32,000 nt of DNA from the NCBI GenBank assembly GCA_020697055.1, contig JAJFBP010000018.1, forward strand, positions 10,730 to 42,729, given 5' to 3'. The DNA is from Panacagrimonas sp. GTDB lineage: Bacteria > Pseudomonadota > Gammaproteobacteria > Nevskiales > Nevskiaceae. A program made the translations under genes and the position numbers. Under the pieces are notes generated by a model. The model had not been told where the DNA came from and did no database searches. It saw only the letters and a list, made by a program, of their open reading frames with translations. Of this stretch, positions 21,588 through 30,499 are shown piece after piece (the first letter of the stretch is position 1; each line of letters opens with the position of its first letter).

Positions 21588-23362
21588 CGCGCGCGTTCCT
21601 GGTAATGGCGGCGTGCGAACCGGCGCGCGAAGCCGAGCAGCTCGGGCCAGCTCGCCACGGGCTCCACCACCCAGCCCTGCTCGCGCTGCGCGCGCTGCAG
21701 GTCGGCGTCGGGCTTGCCCGGAAGATTGAGCACCATCGTGCCGCCACCCCGCGCGCGCGCCAGCGCCTGCGCGGCGATCGCCCAGCCGTCGCCGCCGCGT
21801 TCGTCGTTCTGGAACATCGTGGTGATGCCATCGTCGGAGATGTGCAGGATGTGCACCGGCCGATCGTGGGGTGTGCGCGCGGCGTAGGTGTCGCGCAACC
21901 GGTGGACCGGAAATGCGGTCGCACCGCCGTAGAAGCCGGTCAGCACGCGCAGGATCGCGTCCTCGCTGCGCACGAACCCGTCGGTGTGCAGGAACTGCCT
22001 GGGCCCGCTCCACAGCGTCGCCTGCACGCGCGCGCCGGCGCGCAGCGCCGAGAGCACGATCACCGCGCCGGCCAGCGTCAGCCACGAGGTCTGGCGCTGC
22101 GGATTGGGCATCGAACCCGAACTGTCGACGTACAGGTCCAGGTCCAGCGGCACCGGTTCCTGCTCGCGATCGGGCGCGCGTCCGTACACGCGCTTGACCG
22201 TGCTCAGGCCCGGGATCAGGCGCGGCGACTGCAGCACGCTCTGCAGCGGATCGAGCAGATCGATCGAGTCGCCGATATCCCAGGGCTCCAGCCCCTCGAG
22301 CTGCAGTTCGGCGCTGTGCGGCGCCGGACGCGTCGGAAACGGGATCCGATGCGGCAGCGCGCGCTCGCGGTAGTAGCGCACCGCGATGTCGTGATCGCCC
22401 AGCGACAGACCGCCGGCTCTCAGGATCTCGCCGTATTCGAACGGCTCGCGATGCTGCCCGCGCGCGCGTTCGCTCGCTGCCGTTTCCGGCGCCGGACCGC
22501 GCGCATCGACTTCGTCGGTGCCGTCCTCGCCGGTGATGCGCGGATCCCGCGACGGATGCACCGCGCCGTCGAGCTCGTCGTCCTCGACTTCCAGCCCGCC
22601 CTGAGGATCCAGGCCCGCACCCGCGGACCGCGTGTCGTGCCAGCGCGCGAGCGCCTTGGCCGCTGCATCGTCGTCGACCAGGTACGGCAGGATCAGTGTC
22701 GCGAAGCGCCCCGAACCGGCCAGCCAGTCCTTGGCGTAGACCCGCACCAGGCGCGCGCCCAGCCAGGCGTCGCCGTCGATCGGGTCCTCGCGTTGTATGC
22801 CGCTGCCCAGGCTGCCGCGCTCGAGCGTCCAGAGCTGCTCGTAGATCCGCAGGTACAGCCGCCACAGCGCGCCGGTCTGCTCCTTGTCCTTGTCCTTGCG
22901 GCGGCTCTCGTACAGGCGCCGGTACACCGCATCCATGCGCAGCTTTCGCTGGCGCTGCAGGCGATCGTTGATGTGCAGGTCGGTGTAGAGGTTGGCGACC
23001 ATCGGCGCGTGCCGCTCGAGCGTCGGCAGCGCGCGCCGCAAGCGCGCCATTAGACGCAGGTGATCGCTGCCGTTGGCCGGCGCGTACACGTGATGGCCGA
23101 TCTCGTGGGCAAGGACTTCCGGCGCGTAGTCGTCGAGCCTGAGCTCGCGCACCTGCTGCAGGTCCACGACCACCGACTGGTCGGCGAACCGGATCATCGC
23201 GAAGCTGCCGTCGAGGCCTTCGGCGCGCGCTTCGCGCGAGGTCTCGCACAGTCGCGGCGCGTGCAGCCGCGTGTAGCGGCTCCATGCGGCGAGCGCATCG
23301 GGCCATGCCTGCCGCCATCGCTCGGCCAACGACAGCGTCGTGGCGGCCGCACCCGCGCTCAT
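21584..23362 (-). CDS. Zincin-like metallopeptidase domain + von Willebrand A domain protein (DUF2201_N/DUF2201-like architecture)
   Basis: 592 aa. The N-terminal part, ..APEVLAHEIGHHVYAP..VANLYTDLHINDRL.., resembles the putative metallopeptidase domain found with VWA partners of MoxR ATPases. The C-terminal part carries the MIDAS motif LDLYVDSSGSM. The ATG overlaps the upstream stop (ATGA at 23359-23362). Confidence 0.85.
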   Translation of the reverse strand: MSAGAAATTLSLAERWRQAWPDALAAWSRYTRLHAPRLCETSREARAEGLDGSFAMIRFADQSVVVDLQQVRELRLDDYAPEVLAHEIGHHVYAPANGSDHLRLMARLRRALPTLERHAPMVANLYTDLHINDRLQRQRKLRMDAVYRRLYESRRKDKDKEQTGALWRLYLRIYEQLWTLERGSLGSGIQREDPIDGDAWLGARLVRVYAKDWLAGSGRFATLILPYLVDDDAAAKALARWHDTRSAGAGLDPQGGLEVEDDELDGAVHPSRDPRITGEDGTDEVDARGPAPETAASERARGQHREPFEYGEILRAGGLSLGDHDIAVRYYRERALPHRIPFPTRPAPHSAELQLEGLEPWDIGDSIDLLDPLQSVLQSPRLIPGLSTVKRVYGRAPDREQEPVPLDLDLYVDSSGSMPNPQRQTSWLTLAGAVIVLSALRAGARVQATLWSGPRQFLHTDGFVRSEDAILRVLTGFYGGATAFPVHRLRDTYAARTPHDRPVHILHISDDGITTMFQNDERGGDGWAIAAQALARARGGGTMVLNLPGKPDADLQRAQREQGWVVEPVASWPELLGFARRFARRHYQERAR

Positions 23363-24309
23363 CTCGGATGCGTCGCGCGCGGCATCACGCGCAGCCGATG
23401 GCTCAGCGGCGTGCCGATCACCTGCGACACCGTGCTGGTCGTGACCCGCGTTCCTTCGCCTTCGCCCCGATCCGGCGCGTGATCGAAGTCCGTGGGCGTC
23501 GCTGGGTGCAGGCTCCAGCCGTGGACGTCGGCCAGCAGCCAGAAATGACGATCGCCACTGCGTACGACGAAGTCCTCGCCGGCCGCACGGACCTGCGGGG
23601 GTTCCGGAAAGGCGCCGCCGAATCCGGTGAACGCGCCCAGCTCGAAACCGCGCGCGGCCTGGTGGGTGATCACGTCGTCGGGCGACCACCAGCGGTCGGC
23701 GCGCAGGCGCGCGCACATCGCCTCCAGCGTCAGGCTCGAAGGCGCACCCATGGCGGCGCACGCCAGCGTCGGGGTCAGCGTCGCCAGTTTTTCGAGCGCG
23801 CCCTCGCGGAAGTGCGACAGCCCCGCCGTCCACGCCAGCACCTGGCCCAGCGCCAGCAGCTCGTCGCGCGACGCGGCGCGCGGACCCAGCCGCTTCATCT
23901 GGTCGACCCATCGCACGGCGCGATCTTCCGGCACGCGGTCCAGGTGCATCGCCGCGTGGGTGAGCGCCGCGATCGTCGGCGCCGGCGCCGGTGCCACCTG
24001 TGCCGCCAGCGCCGGCAGCAGCTGCGACCACGTGCGCGCGACCAGCGGATTGCGTGCGCCGGGCCCGACGAGCTTGCGCGCGACCAGCTCCAGCGCGTGG
24101 TCGAATGCCGCGAGCGCGCACGCATCGGCGGCGTCCGGAAGGCGCGTCGCGACCGTCTCCACCAGCGGCGCCACCCCTTCGCGCAGGAACTCGCCGAAGG
24201 CCTCGGCATCGAACGTCGGCACGCGGCTGCGCATCTGGGCCACGCGCGCGTTGAACCCGCCGCGACCGGCGGCGAGCAGGCGCGCGAAGTGGGGCGGCAC
24301 GGCGCTCAC
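23359..24309 (-). CDS. Hypothetical protein (316 aa) between the AAA+ and VWA genes; no family recognised
   Basis: A GTG at 24309 overlaps the AAA+ stop (GTGA at 24306-24309). The frame is continuous and is sandwiched with 4-nt overlaps on both sides. The start is uncertain, because internal Met codons exist. Confidence 0.6.
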   Translation of the reverse strand: MSAVPPHFARLLAAGRGGFNARVAQMRSRVPTFDAEAFGEFLREGVAPLVETVATRLPDAADACALAAFDHALELVARKLVGPGARNPLVARTWSQLLPALAAQVAPAPAPTIAALTHAAMHLDRVPEDRAVRWVDQMKRLGPRAASRDELLALGQVLAWTAGLSHFREGALEKLATLTPTLACAAMGAPSSLTLEAMCARLRADRWWSPDDVITHQAARGFELGAFTGFGGAFPEPPQVRAAGEDFVVRSGDRHFWLLADVHGWSLHPATPTDFDHAPDRGEGEGTRVTTSTVSQVIGTPLSHRLRVMPRATHPR

Positions 24310-25892
24310 GACGATGCGCTCAGCCAGTGCAGGTAGTTGGTGTAGCGCTGGTGCAGGTACTTGAGCTTGAGCAGGTCGTCGTACAGGTGACCGTAGAGCT
24401 TGCGTCCGCGCGTGCGCTCGCCCACCACCTGCTCGATGCGCACCAGGCGCCCGCGCACTTCGCGCTCGCTCAGGCCGTCGAGACCGCGATCGAACTCCTC
24501 GCCCAGCGCGCCGACGGCATCGTCGTTGTCCAGGTCCAGCCGGTCGTACTCCTCGCAGGAGAGGTCGAACAGCCGTCGCAGCCAGCCCAGCCGATCGGTG
24601 CGGTACGCCGCGTTCTCCGGCAGCGCGAAGAACGGCGCGTCCGGATCGGGCTGGAGCTTGTCGCCCAGCACGAAGGGCAGCACCTGGCGCAAGTCCTCGA
24701 GCTCGACCGTCGCGTTGCCGCGAAAGTAGGCCAGCGCCTTGGCGTAGATCATCAGCGTCATCAGGTTGCGCACCGACAGGCCGTTGCGCGTCTGGCAGCC
24801 CAGGTCCTTCAGGCGATCGCGACCGTCGTCCGCGGCGGTGACCTCGCTCCATTCCACGCCCGAGAGCCGCGCGACGTCCTTGGTCATCGTCTCGAACTGG
24901 GCGCCTGCGCTCTCCATCAGCTCGAACTGGCTGGTGAAGAATTCCAGGCGACGACGGACCGGCTCGGGCAGATCGACCGCGCGGATCTCCTGTCCCAGCC
25001 GATCGATCTCGGATTCGGTGAACACGATTTCGCGCGGCACCAGTTCTTCGGGACGCAGGTTCTCCTCGATGCGCGACAGCAGCTGGCCCAGGAAGCGCGG
25101 ATTGAACGCCAGCGCGGGCACGACCACGTCGATGCGATCGCGCAGCGCCTCGATCACCTGGTAGGTGCCGCCGCCGCGATCGTCGTTGGCGGTCAGGTAC
25201 CACGCCGAATCGGGGCACTCGTAGATGTGGTTGAGCACCTCGGCGTAGTTGTCGCCCATCACCGTGAGCAGCGCGCTCTGCGTGCGCGTCGGAATGCGGT
25301 TGTATTCGTCGATGATCTTGACGCGCATGCCCAGCCAGTTGCGCCAGGCGATGCGGATGGCGTCCATGCTCTGCGCGTTGACCAGGTCGGCCGGCAGCGG
25401 GTTGCCGAGCAGGTCGGCGATCGTCATCTGCGGATGGCCGTGCTGCATCGCGCGGCGGACTTCGCGCACCGGATAGCCTGCGAGCACGCCCATCAGGATC
25501 GCGCTGGCCGTTTTGCCGCGACCGGGGCCGCCGACGAGCAGGCACTTGCGGCGCGTGGCGAAGGTGAGCAGCGGCAGCAGCACGTAACTGGAGTAGCTCT
25601 GCGCCGACGGCAGCGTCAGCGTGCGCTTGCGATCGCCGACGGTGAACTGCGACGGCGGTCCCTGGTTGTACTCGACGTCGTAGTGCGGGCTGATGATCGC
25701 GCTGTTGACGATCCAGAAGTACGCCTGGCGCAGCTTCTCGTCGAGCGGCGTCTGCGACGCGACGTCGACGTTTCCGGCCGACAACGGCCCTTCGTACAGC
25801 GTGCCCACGTCGAAGGCGCGCGTGGCCGGCGCGGCCGGCCGGGGATTGGTGGGTGCGCGCGATACGCGCTGAAAGGGTTTGAACAGGCTCAC
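24306..25892 (-). CDS. MoxR-like AAA+ ATPase with N- and C-terminal extensions
   Basis: 528 aa with Walker A LLVGGPGRGKT and Walker B VKIIDEYNR. The GTG start is preceded by GGAGAGGA. Its position next to a VWA protein is typical of MoxR/VWA pairs. Confidence 0.88.
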   Translation of the reverse strand: MSLFKPFQRVSRAPTNPRPAAPATRAFDVGTLYEGPLSAGNVDVASQTPLDEKLRQAYFWIVNSAIISPHYDVEYNQGPPSQFTVGDRKRTLTLPSAQSYSSYVLLPLLTFATRRKCLLVGGPGRGKTASAILMGVLAGYPVREVRRAMQHGHPQMTIADLLGNPLPADLVNAQSMDAIRIAWRNWLGMRVKIIDEYNRIPTRTQSALLTVMGDNYAEVLNHIYECPDSAWYLTANDDRGGGTYQVIEALRDRIDVVVPALAFNPRFLGQLLSRIEENLRPEELVPREIVFTESEIDRLGQEIRAVDLPEPVRRRLEFFTSQFELMESAGAQFETMTKDVARLSGVEWSEVTAADDGRDRLKDLGCQTRNGLSVRNLMTLMIYAKALAYFRGNATVELEDLRQVLPFVLGDKLQPDPDAPFFALPENAAYRTDRLGWLRRLFDLSCEEYDRLDLDNDDAVGALGEEFDRGLDGLSEREVRGRLVRIEQVVGERTRGRKLYGHLYDDLLKLKYLHQRYTNYLHWLSASS

Positions 25893-25919
25893 GGAGTTCC
25901 TCTCCCTGCCGGGCGGTGG

Positions 25920-26663
25920 CTACTTGTTGCCGAACACCTTCTTCAGGATCTCGCTGGTGCGCGCCGCCGGATTGCTGCGAATGGCCTTCTCCTCGTCGGC
26001 CACGCGCAGGAACAGGCGGTTGAGCGCCTTGCGCGTGACGTAGTCGTTGACGTCGGCCTTCTGGCCCGCCAGGGCTGCGGCCAGCGGACCCGCCGAGGCG
26101 ATCATCCTGTCGTACTGCTGCACCAGCCCCGACCCCGCGGTGACCTTGGCCACCAGCGGCTTGAACTGCAGCGCCAGCGTCTCGCCCGTGGCCTTGCGGA
26201 AGTATTCCGTGGCCGCGTCGGGTGCGCCCGACAGGATGTTGCGGGCGTCCGCGATGGTGAGCTTCTGAACCGCTTGCGCGAACACATCCGCCGCGATCGG
26301 CACCGACTGCTCCGCGGCGCGGTTGAACGACAGGTGCAGCTCGTCGATCTGCGGCCCGTAGCCGCCGGCGCGCAGCAGCGTGTCGGCCTTGGTGATGGTC
26401 TTGGGCAGCGGGATGCGGAACCGATCCGAGGCCCAGAACCCGTCGGCCTTGCCCAGCTCCAGCACCGCGCTGCGCGTACCCTTGGCCAGCGCCTCGCGCA
26501 GTCCCTGGACGATCTCGGCGTCCGCGAGCTGGCTGGCCTGCGGGCTCTGCGCCATCTGCTCCATGGCCTGCTGGGCCATGCCCTTCCAGTCGGTCTCGGC
26601 GGCGGCGGCGCCGCAGGCCACCATCAAACCGACCGCACCCGCCATCAGGGACTGGTTCGGCAT
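25920..26663 (-). CDS. DUF4197-like periplasmic protein
   Basis: 247 aa. The N-terminus MPNQSLMAGAVGLMVACGAAAA is a signal or lipoprotein-like peptide. The body (..IVQGLREALAKGTRSAV..LGKADGFW....RIPLP..) matches my recollection of DUF4197. The upstream extension in the track is a shadow. Confidence 0.8.
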   Translation of the reverse strand: MPNQSLMAGAVGLMVACGAAAAETDWKGMAQQAMEQMAQSPQASQLADAEIVQGLREALAKGTRSAVLELGKADGFWASDRFRIPLPKTITKADTLLRAGGYGPQIDELHLSFNRAAEQSVPIAADVFAQAVQKLTIADARNILSGAPDAATEYFRKATGETLALQFKPLVAKVTAGSGLVQQYDRMIASAGPLAAALAGQKADVNDYVTRKALNRLFLRVADEEKAIRSNPAARTSEILKKVFGNK

Positions 26664-26667
26664 GGGC

Positions 26668-27018
26668 TCAGTACTTGGACTTCTTCTTTTTCTTGGGCCC
26701 CTTGCCGTAGTGCTCGACGACATACGCGTGCTCGCGATACGGCTTGTCGCTGTCCAGCTCGATGCTGATCCCGCCCACCGTGTACTGCTGCAGCCGCACC
26801 GGGAGATGCACGCCGGCTTTCCAGTCGCCGTCCCGGTCCATCCAGAACCAGAAATCGGACTCCGGCGAGTAATAGATCTCGTGGTCCCGGTAATAGGTGT
26901 ATCGGTGCTGCTTGGCGCGCCACCCGTGCGCCGGCGCATGGGCCGGCGGATCGGCGAAGGACGGTCCGATCCAGGCACAGGTGATCAGGACCAGCAGCGC
27001 GGCGACGGTCGTTCTCAT
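26668..27018 (-). CDS. Small exported protein with a poly-Lys C-terminus (hypothetical)
   Basis: 116 aa with the signal peptide MRTTVAALLVLITCAWIGPSFA, ending ..HYGKGPKKKKKSKY. This is the 3' end of a 677-aa track ORF whose remainder is antisense to metG. Confidence 0.65.
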   Translation of the reverse strand: MRTTVAALLVLITCAWIGPSFADPPAHAPAHGWRAKQHRYTYYRDHEIYYSPESDFWFWMDRDGDWKAGVHLPVRLQQYTVGGISIELDSDKPYREHAYVVEHYGKGPKKKKKSKY

Positions 27019-27100
27019 GGCGGGCACTCCCCGGTGCGATGGCGCGGCCTGAGTATGCCGCCTGGTCTGCAGGCCGTGGAGCGATGGCAGGCGGTGCGCG

Positions 27101-27109
27101 TGAGATAAT
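27101..27109 (+). promoter_or_regulatory. Candidate extended -10 element (TGaGATAAT) upstream of metG
   Basis: The motif was read directly, ~36 nt upstream of the metG ATG in the 126-bp divergent intergenic region. No convincing -35 element was seen. Confidence 0.3.
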
Positions 27110-27144
27110 CGCCGGCCCCCTCCTGCCCGCCGCATCCTTCCGCG

Positions 27145-29184
27145 ATGGCTCGCCAGATCCTCGTCAGCAACGCCCTGCCCTATGCCAACGGCCCGCTGCA
27201 CCTGGGCCACATGGTGGGCTACGTCCAGGCCGACATCTGGGTCCGCTTCCAGCGCATGTGTGGAAACCTCACGACGTATGTCTGCGCCGACGACGCGCAC
27301 GGCACGCCGATCATGCTCGCCGCCGAGAAGGCCGGCGTCTCGCCCGAGCGGTTCATCGAGAGCATCAAGGTCGAACACGCGCGCGACTTCCACGACTTCG
27401 GCGTGCACTTCGACCAGTACCACACGACGCATTCGGAGGAGAACCGCTACTTCGCCGAGCTGATCTACACCCGGCTCAAGGAAGGCGGCGCGATCGCGCG
27501 ACGGTCCATCCAGCAGCTCTACGATCCGGTAAAGGAGATGTTCCTTCCGGACCGCTACATCAAGGGCGAGTGTCCCAACTGCGGCTCGGCGGACCAGTAC
27601 GGCGACAACTGCGAGAACTGCGGCAAGGCCTATTCGCCCACCGATCTGAAGAATCCGCGCTCGGTGGTATCGGGCGCAGCGCCCGTGATGCGCGACTCCG
27701 AGCACTTCTTCTTCGAGGTCGGAAAGTTCCAGACCTACCTGCAGGGCTGGCTCGAAGGCGACGTTGCGCATCCGTCGGTCAAGGCCAAGCTGCGCGAATG
27801 GTTCGACGCCGGCCTGAAGGACTGGGACATCTCGCGCGATGCGCCGTACTTCGGCTTCGCCATTCCCAACGAACCCGGCAAGTACTTCTACGTCTGGCTC
27901 GACGCGCCGATCGGCTATATGGCGAGCCATTTGTCGCTGTGCAAGTCCAACGGCGAGGATTTCGGCGCGTATTGGGACGCCGGTTCCAGCGCCGAGCTGC
28001 ACCATTTCATCGGCAAGGACATCGTGAATTTCCACGGCCTGTTCTGGCCCGCGATGCTGCACGGATCCATGCACCGCACGCCGAGCAAGCTGCACGTGAA
28101 CGGGTACCTGACGATCAACGGCGCCAAGATGAGCAAGAGCCGCGGCACGTTCGTGCGCGCCCGCACCTGGCTCGATCACCTGGATCCCGAGTACCTGCGC
28201 TACTACTTCGCGGCCAAGCTCGGCAGCAGCCCGGACGACCTGGACCTGGACCTGAAGGACTTCCAGGCGCGCGTCAACAGCGACCTCGTCGGCAAGTTCA
28301 TCAACATCGCCAGCCGCTGCGCGGGTTTCATCGAGAAACTGTTCGATGGAACGCTCGCGTCGGAGATGCACGACCGCACGCTGTTCGACGACATCGCCTC
28401 GGAATCCGATTCGATCCGCGAGCTGTACGAGGCCGGCGAATACTCGGCGGCGCTGCGCGAGATCATGCTGATGGCCGACGACGCCAATGCCGAGATCCAG
28501 AAGCTCGCGCCGTGGACGCTGGCCAAGAACCCGGAACACCGCGAAACGCTCCACCGCGTGTGCACGACGTTCCTCAACGTGTTCCGCCAGATCGCGCTGT
28601 ACCTGAAGCCGGTGCTGCCGGCGATCGCGACCAAGGTCGAGCGCTTTCTCGACGTCGCGCCGCTGGCCTGGGACCAGGTCGGCACGCCGCTGCTGGGCCA
28701 TCGCATCAAGCCGTACGAGGCGATCATCACGCGCGTGGAGCCCAAGGCGGTGGACGCGATGATGGCGGCCGAGGCCGGCGAAGTGACGGTGACGCCGGCG
28801 CCGGCGGTCGAAAAGAAGAAGCCGGTCGCGACGTCACCCGCTCCCGCGGGCGACGGCACGATCACGATGGACGACTTCGGCAAGCTCGATCTGCGCATCG
28901 CGCGCATCGCGTCGGCCGAAGCGGTCGAAGGCGCGGACAAGCTGCTGCGCTTGAAGCTCGATCTCGGTCCGCTGGGCGAGCGCCAGGTGTTCGCCGGCAT
29001 CAAGGGCGCCTATTCGCCTGAGCAGCTCGTCGGACGACTGACGATGTGCGTCGCCAATCTCGCGCCGCGCAAGATGAAGTTCGGCATGAGCGAGGGCATG
29101 GTGCTGGCCGCGAGCGACGATCGCGGCGGACCGTTCCTGCTGGCGCCGGACGACGGTGCGCAGCCCGGCATGCGGGTCAAATAA
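27145..29184 (+). CDS. metG: Methionyl-tRNA synthetase with C-terminal tRNA-binding domain
   Basis: The HIGH-type motif ([11 protein letters not shown]), the Zn knuckle [23 protein letters not shown] and a C-terminal Trbp111/EMAP-like domain (..[10 protein letters not shown]..) are all present. Confidence 0.97.
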   Translation: MARQILVSNALPYANGPLHLGHMVGYVQADIWVRFQRMCGNLTTYVCADDAHGTPIMLAAEKAGVSPERFIESIKVEHARDFHDFGVHFDQYHTTHSEENRYFAELIYTRLKEGGAIARRSIQQLYDPVKEMFLPDRYIKGECPNCGSADQYGDNCENCGKAYSPTDLKNPRSVVSGAAPVMRDSEHFFFEVGKFQTYLQGWLEGDVAHPSVKAKLREWFDAGLKDWDISRDAPYFGFAIPNEPGKYFYVWLDAPIGYMASHLSLCKSNGEDFGAYWDAGSSAELHHFIGKDIVNFHGLFWPAMLHGSMHRTPSKLHVNGYLTINGAKMSKSRGTFVRARTWLDHLDPEYLRYYFAAKLGSSPDDLDLDLKDFQARVNSDLVGKFINIASRCAGFIEKLFDGTLASEMHDRTLFDDIASESDSIRELYEAGEYSAALREIMLMADDANAEIQKLAPWTLAKNPEHRETLHRVCTTFLNVFRQIALYLKPVLPAIATKVERFLDVAPLAWDQVGTPLLGHRIKPYEAIITRVEPKAVDAMMAAEAGEVTVTPAPAVEKKKPVATSPAPAGDGTITMDDFGKLDLRIARIASAEAVEGADKLLRLKLDLGPLGERQVFAGIKGAYSPEQLVGRLTMCVANLAPRKMKFGMSEGMVLAASDDRGGPFLLAPDDGAQPGMRVK

Positions 29185-29196
29185 GACGGATCTGCG

Positions 29197-29787
29197 ATGG
29201 GCGCATCGTTGGCCGACACGCTCGACGCCCTGTTGCCGCAGACGCAGTGCACGCGCTGCGGCTATCCGGCCTGTCGACCGTATGCCGAGGCCATGGCCGC
29301 CGGCGAAGCGCCGATCAATCGCTGCCCGCCGGGTGGTGCGGCGGGCATCGGACGACTCGCGAGTGCGCTGGGAAGCCAGCGCCTGGCCCTGGATCCGGCC
29401 TGCGGCGAGGAGCTCGCCATCGAGCGGATCGCGCGCGTGGTCGAGGCGGACTGCATCGGCTGCACCAAATGCATCCAGGCGTGTCCGGTCGATGCGATCG
29501 TCGGCGCGATGAAACTCATGCATACGGTGCTCGACGGCGAGTGCAACGGCTGCGAGTTGTGCCTGCCGGTCTGCCCGGTCGACTGCATCGTGATGGAGCC
29601 GGATCCGGCACTGCCGCCGGCCTACGTGCGCGCACCGCAGTTCCGTGCACGGTTCGAAGCGCGCACGCGGCGGCTCGAGGGCTGGGCGCGCGAGGACGAG
29701 GCGCGACGTCGCGATCGACGTACGACCCCCGGCGAACTCGATCCCGTCGCCGAAGCGCTGCGGCGCGCGCAGGCGCTTCCGTCGTGA
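29197..29787 (+). CDS. rnfB: RnfB/RsxB-family ferredoxin-like protein (short form, found upstream of nth)
   Basis: An N-terminal Cys cluster ([20 protein letters not shown]) and two 4Fe-4S motifs ([12 protein letters not shown] and [12 protein letters not shown]) are present. Confidence 0.9.
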   Translation: MGASLADTLDALLPQTQCTRCGYPACRPYAEAMAAGEAPINRCPPGGAAGIGRLASALGSQRLALDPACGEELAIERIARVVEADCIGCTKCIQACPVDAIVGAMKLMHTVLDGECNGCELCLPVCPVDCIVMEPDPALPPAYVRAPQFRARFEARTRRLEGWAREDEARRRDRRTTPGELDPVAEALRRAQALPS

Positions 29788-30422
29788 ATCCGGCCAAGCG
29801 CCGCGCGATCTATGCGCGCCTGAAGGACTCGATGCCGGCCCCGACGACCGAGCTCGAGTACGGCACGCCCTTCGAGCTGCTGGTTGCCGTGGTGCTGTCG
29901 GCGCAGGCCACCGACGTGTCGGTGAACAAGGCCACGCGCAGGCTCTATCCCGTGGCGAACACGCCCGAGTCGATCCTGGCGCTCGGCGAAGCCGGGCTGC
30001 GCGACTTCATCAAGACCATCGGCCTGTTCAACACCAAGGCCAAGAACGTCATCGCGCTGTGCCGGATCCTCCTGGAACAGCACGGCGGCCAGGTGCCGCG
30101 CGACCGCGAGGCGCTCGAACATCTACCGGGGGTCGGCCGCAAGACGGCCAACGTCGTGCTCAACACCGCCTTCGGCGAACCCACCATCGCGGTCGACACC
30201 CACATTTTCCGTGTCGCCAACCGCACGGGCCTGGCGTCGGGCAAGTCCGTCCGCGAGGTCGAGGATCGGCTCGTGAAGTTCACGCCAGATGAGTACAAGC
30301 ATGACGCGCATCACTGGCTGATCCTGCACGGCCGCTACACCTGCAAGGCGCGCCTGCCGGACTGTCCGCGTTGCGTGATCCTCGATCAGTGCGAGTACCG
30401 CGCCAAGACGGTCCCTACCTGA
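29784..30422 (+). CDS. nth: Endonuclease III
   Basis: The GTG start overlaps the rnfB stop (GTGA). The HhH-GPD motif ([13 protein letters not shown]) and the C-terminal 4Fe-4S cluster loop C-x6-C-x2-C-x5-C ([17 protein letters not shown]) are present. The track ORF beginning at 29046 is an upstream shadow. Confidence 0.95.
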   Translation: MNPAKRRAIYARLKDSMPAPTTELEYGTPFELLVAVVLSAQATDVSVNKATRRLYPVANTPESILALGEAGLRDFIKTIGLFNTKAKNVIALCRILLEQHGGQVPRDREALEHLPGVGRKTANVVLNTAFGEPTIAVDTHIFRVANRTGLASGKSVREVEDRLVKFTPDEYKHDAHHWLILHGRYTCKARLPDCPRCVILDQCEYRAKTVPT

Positions 30423-30437
30423 TGGGGCAGTGACGCG

Positions 30438-30476
30438 TCGGGCCTCCAGGCCCGATAATTTCCCTCTTTTTCTCCG
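30438..30476 (+). terminator. Candidate rho-independent terminator after nth
   Basis: The hairpin (GT)CGGGCC-TCCA-GGCCCG(AT) is followed by the T-rich tract AATTTCCCTCTTTTTCT. The T-run is not immediately adjacent to the stem. Confidence 0.45.
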
Positions 30477-30499
30477 CCTCCCGGATTCACGGACACAAC

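Noticed and set aside
24327-26768. 813-aa plus-strand ORF
   Set aside because: It is antisense to the AAA+ ATPase (Walker A/B present) and the DUF4197-like gene, and its translation is low-complexity.
27019-28701. Upstream 561 codons of the 677-aa minus-strand ORF 26668..28701
   Set aside because: This part is antisense to metG. Only the last 116 codons, which carry a signal peptide after an internal ATG, look like a real gene.
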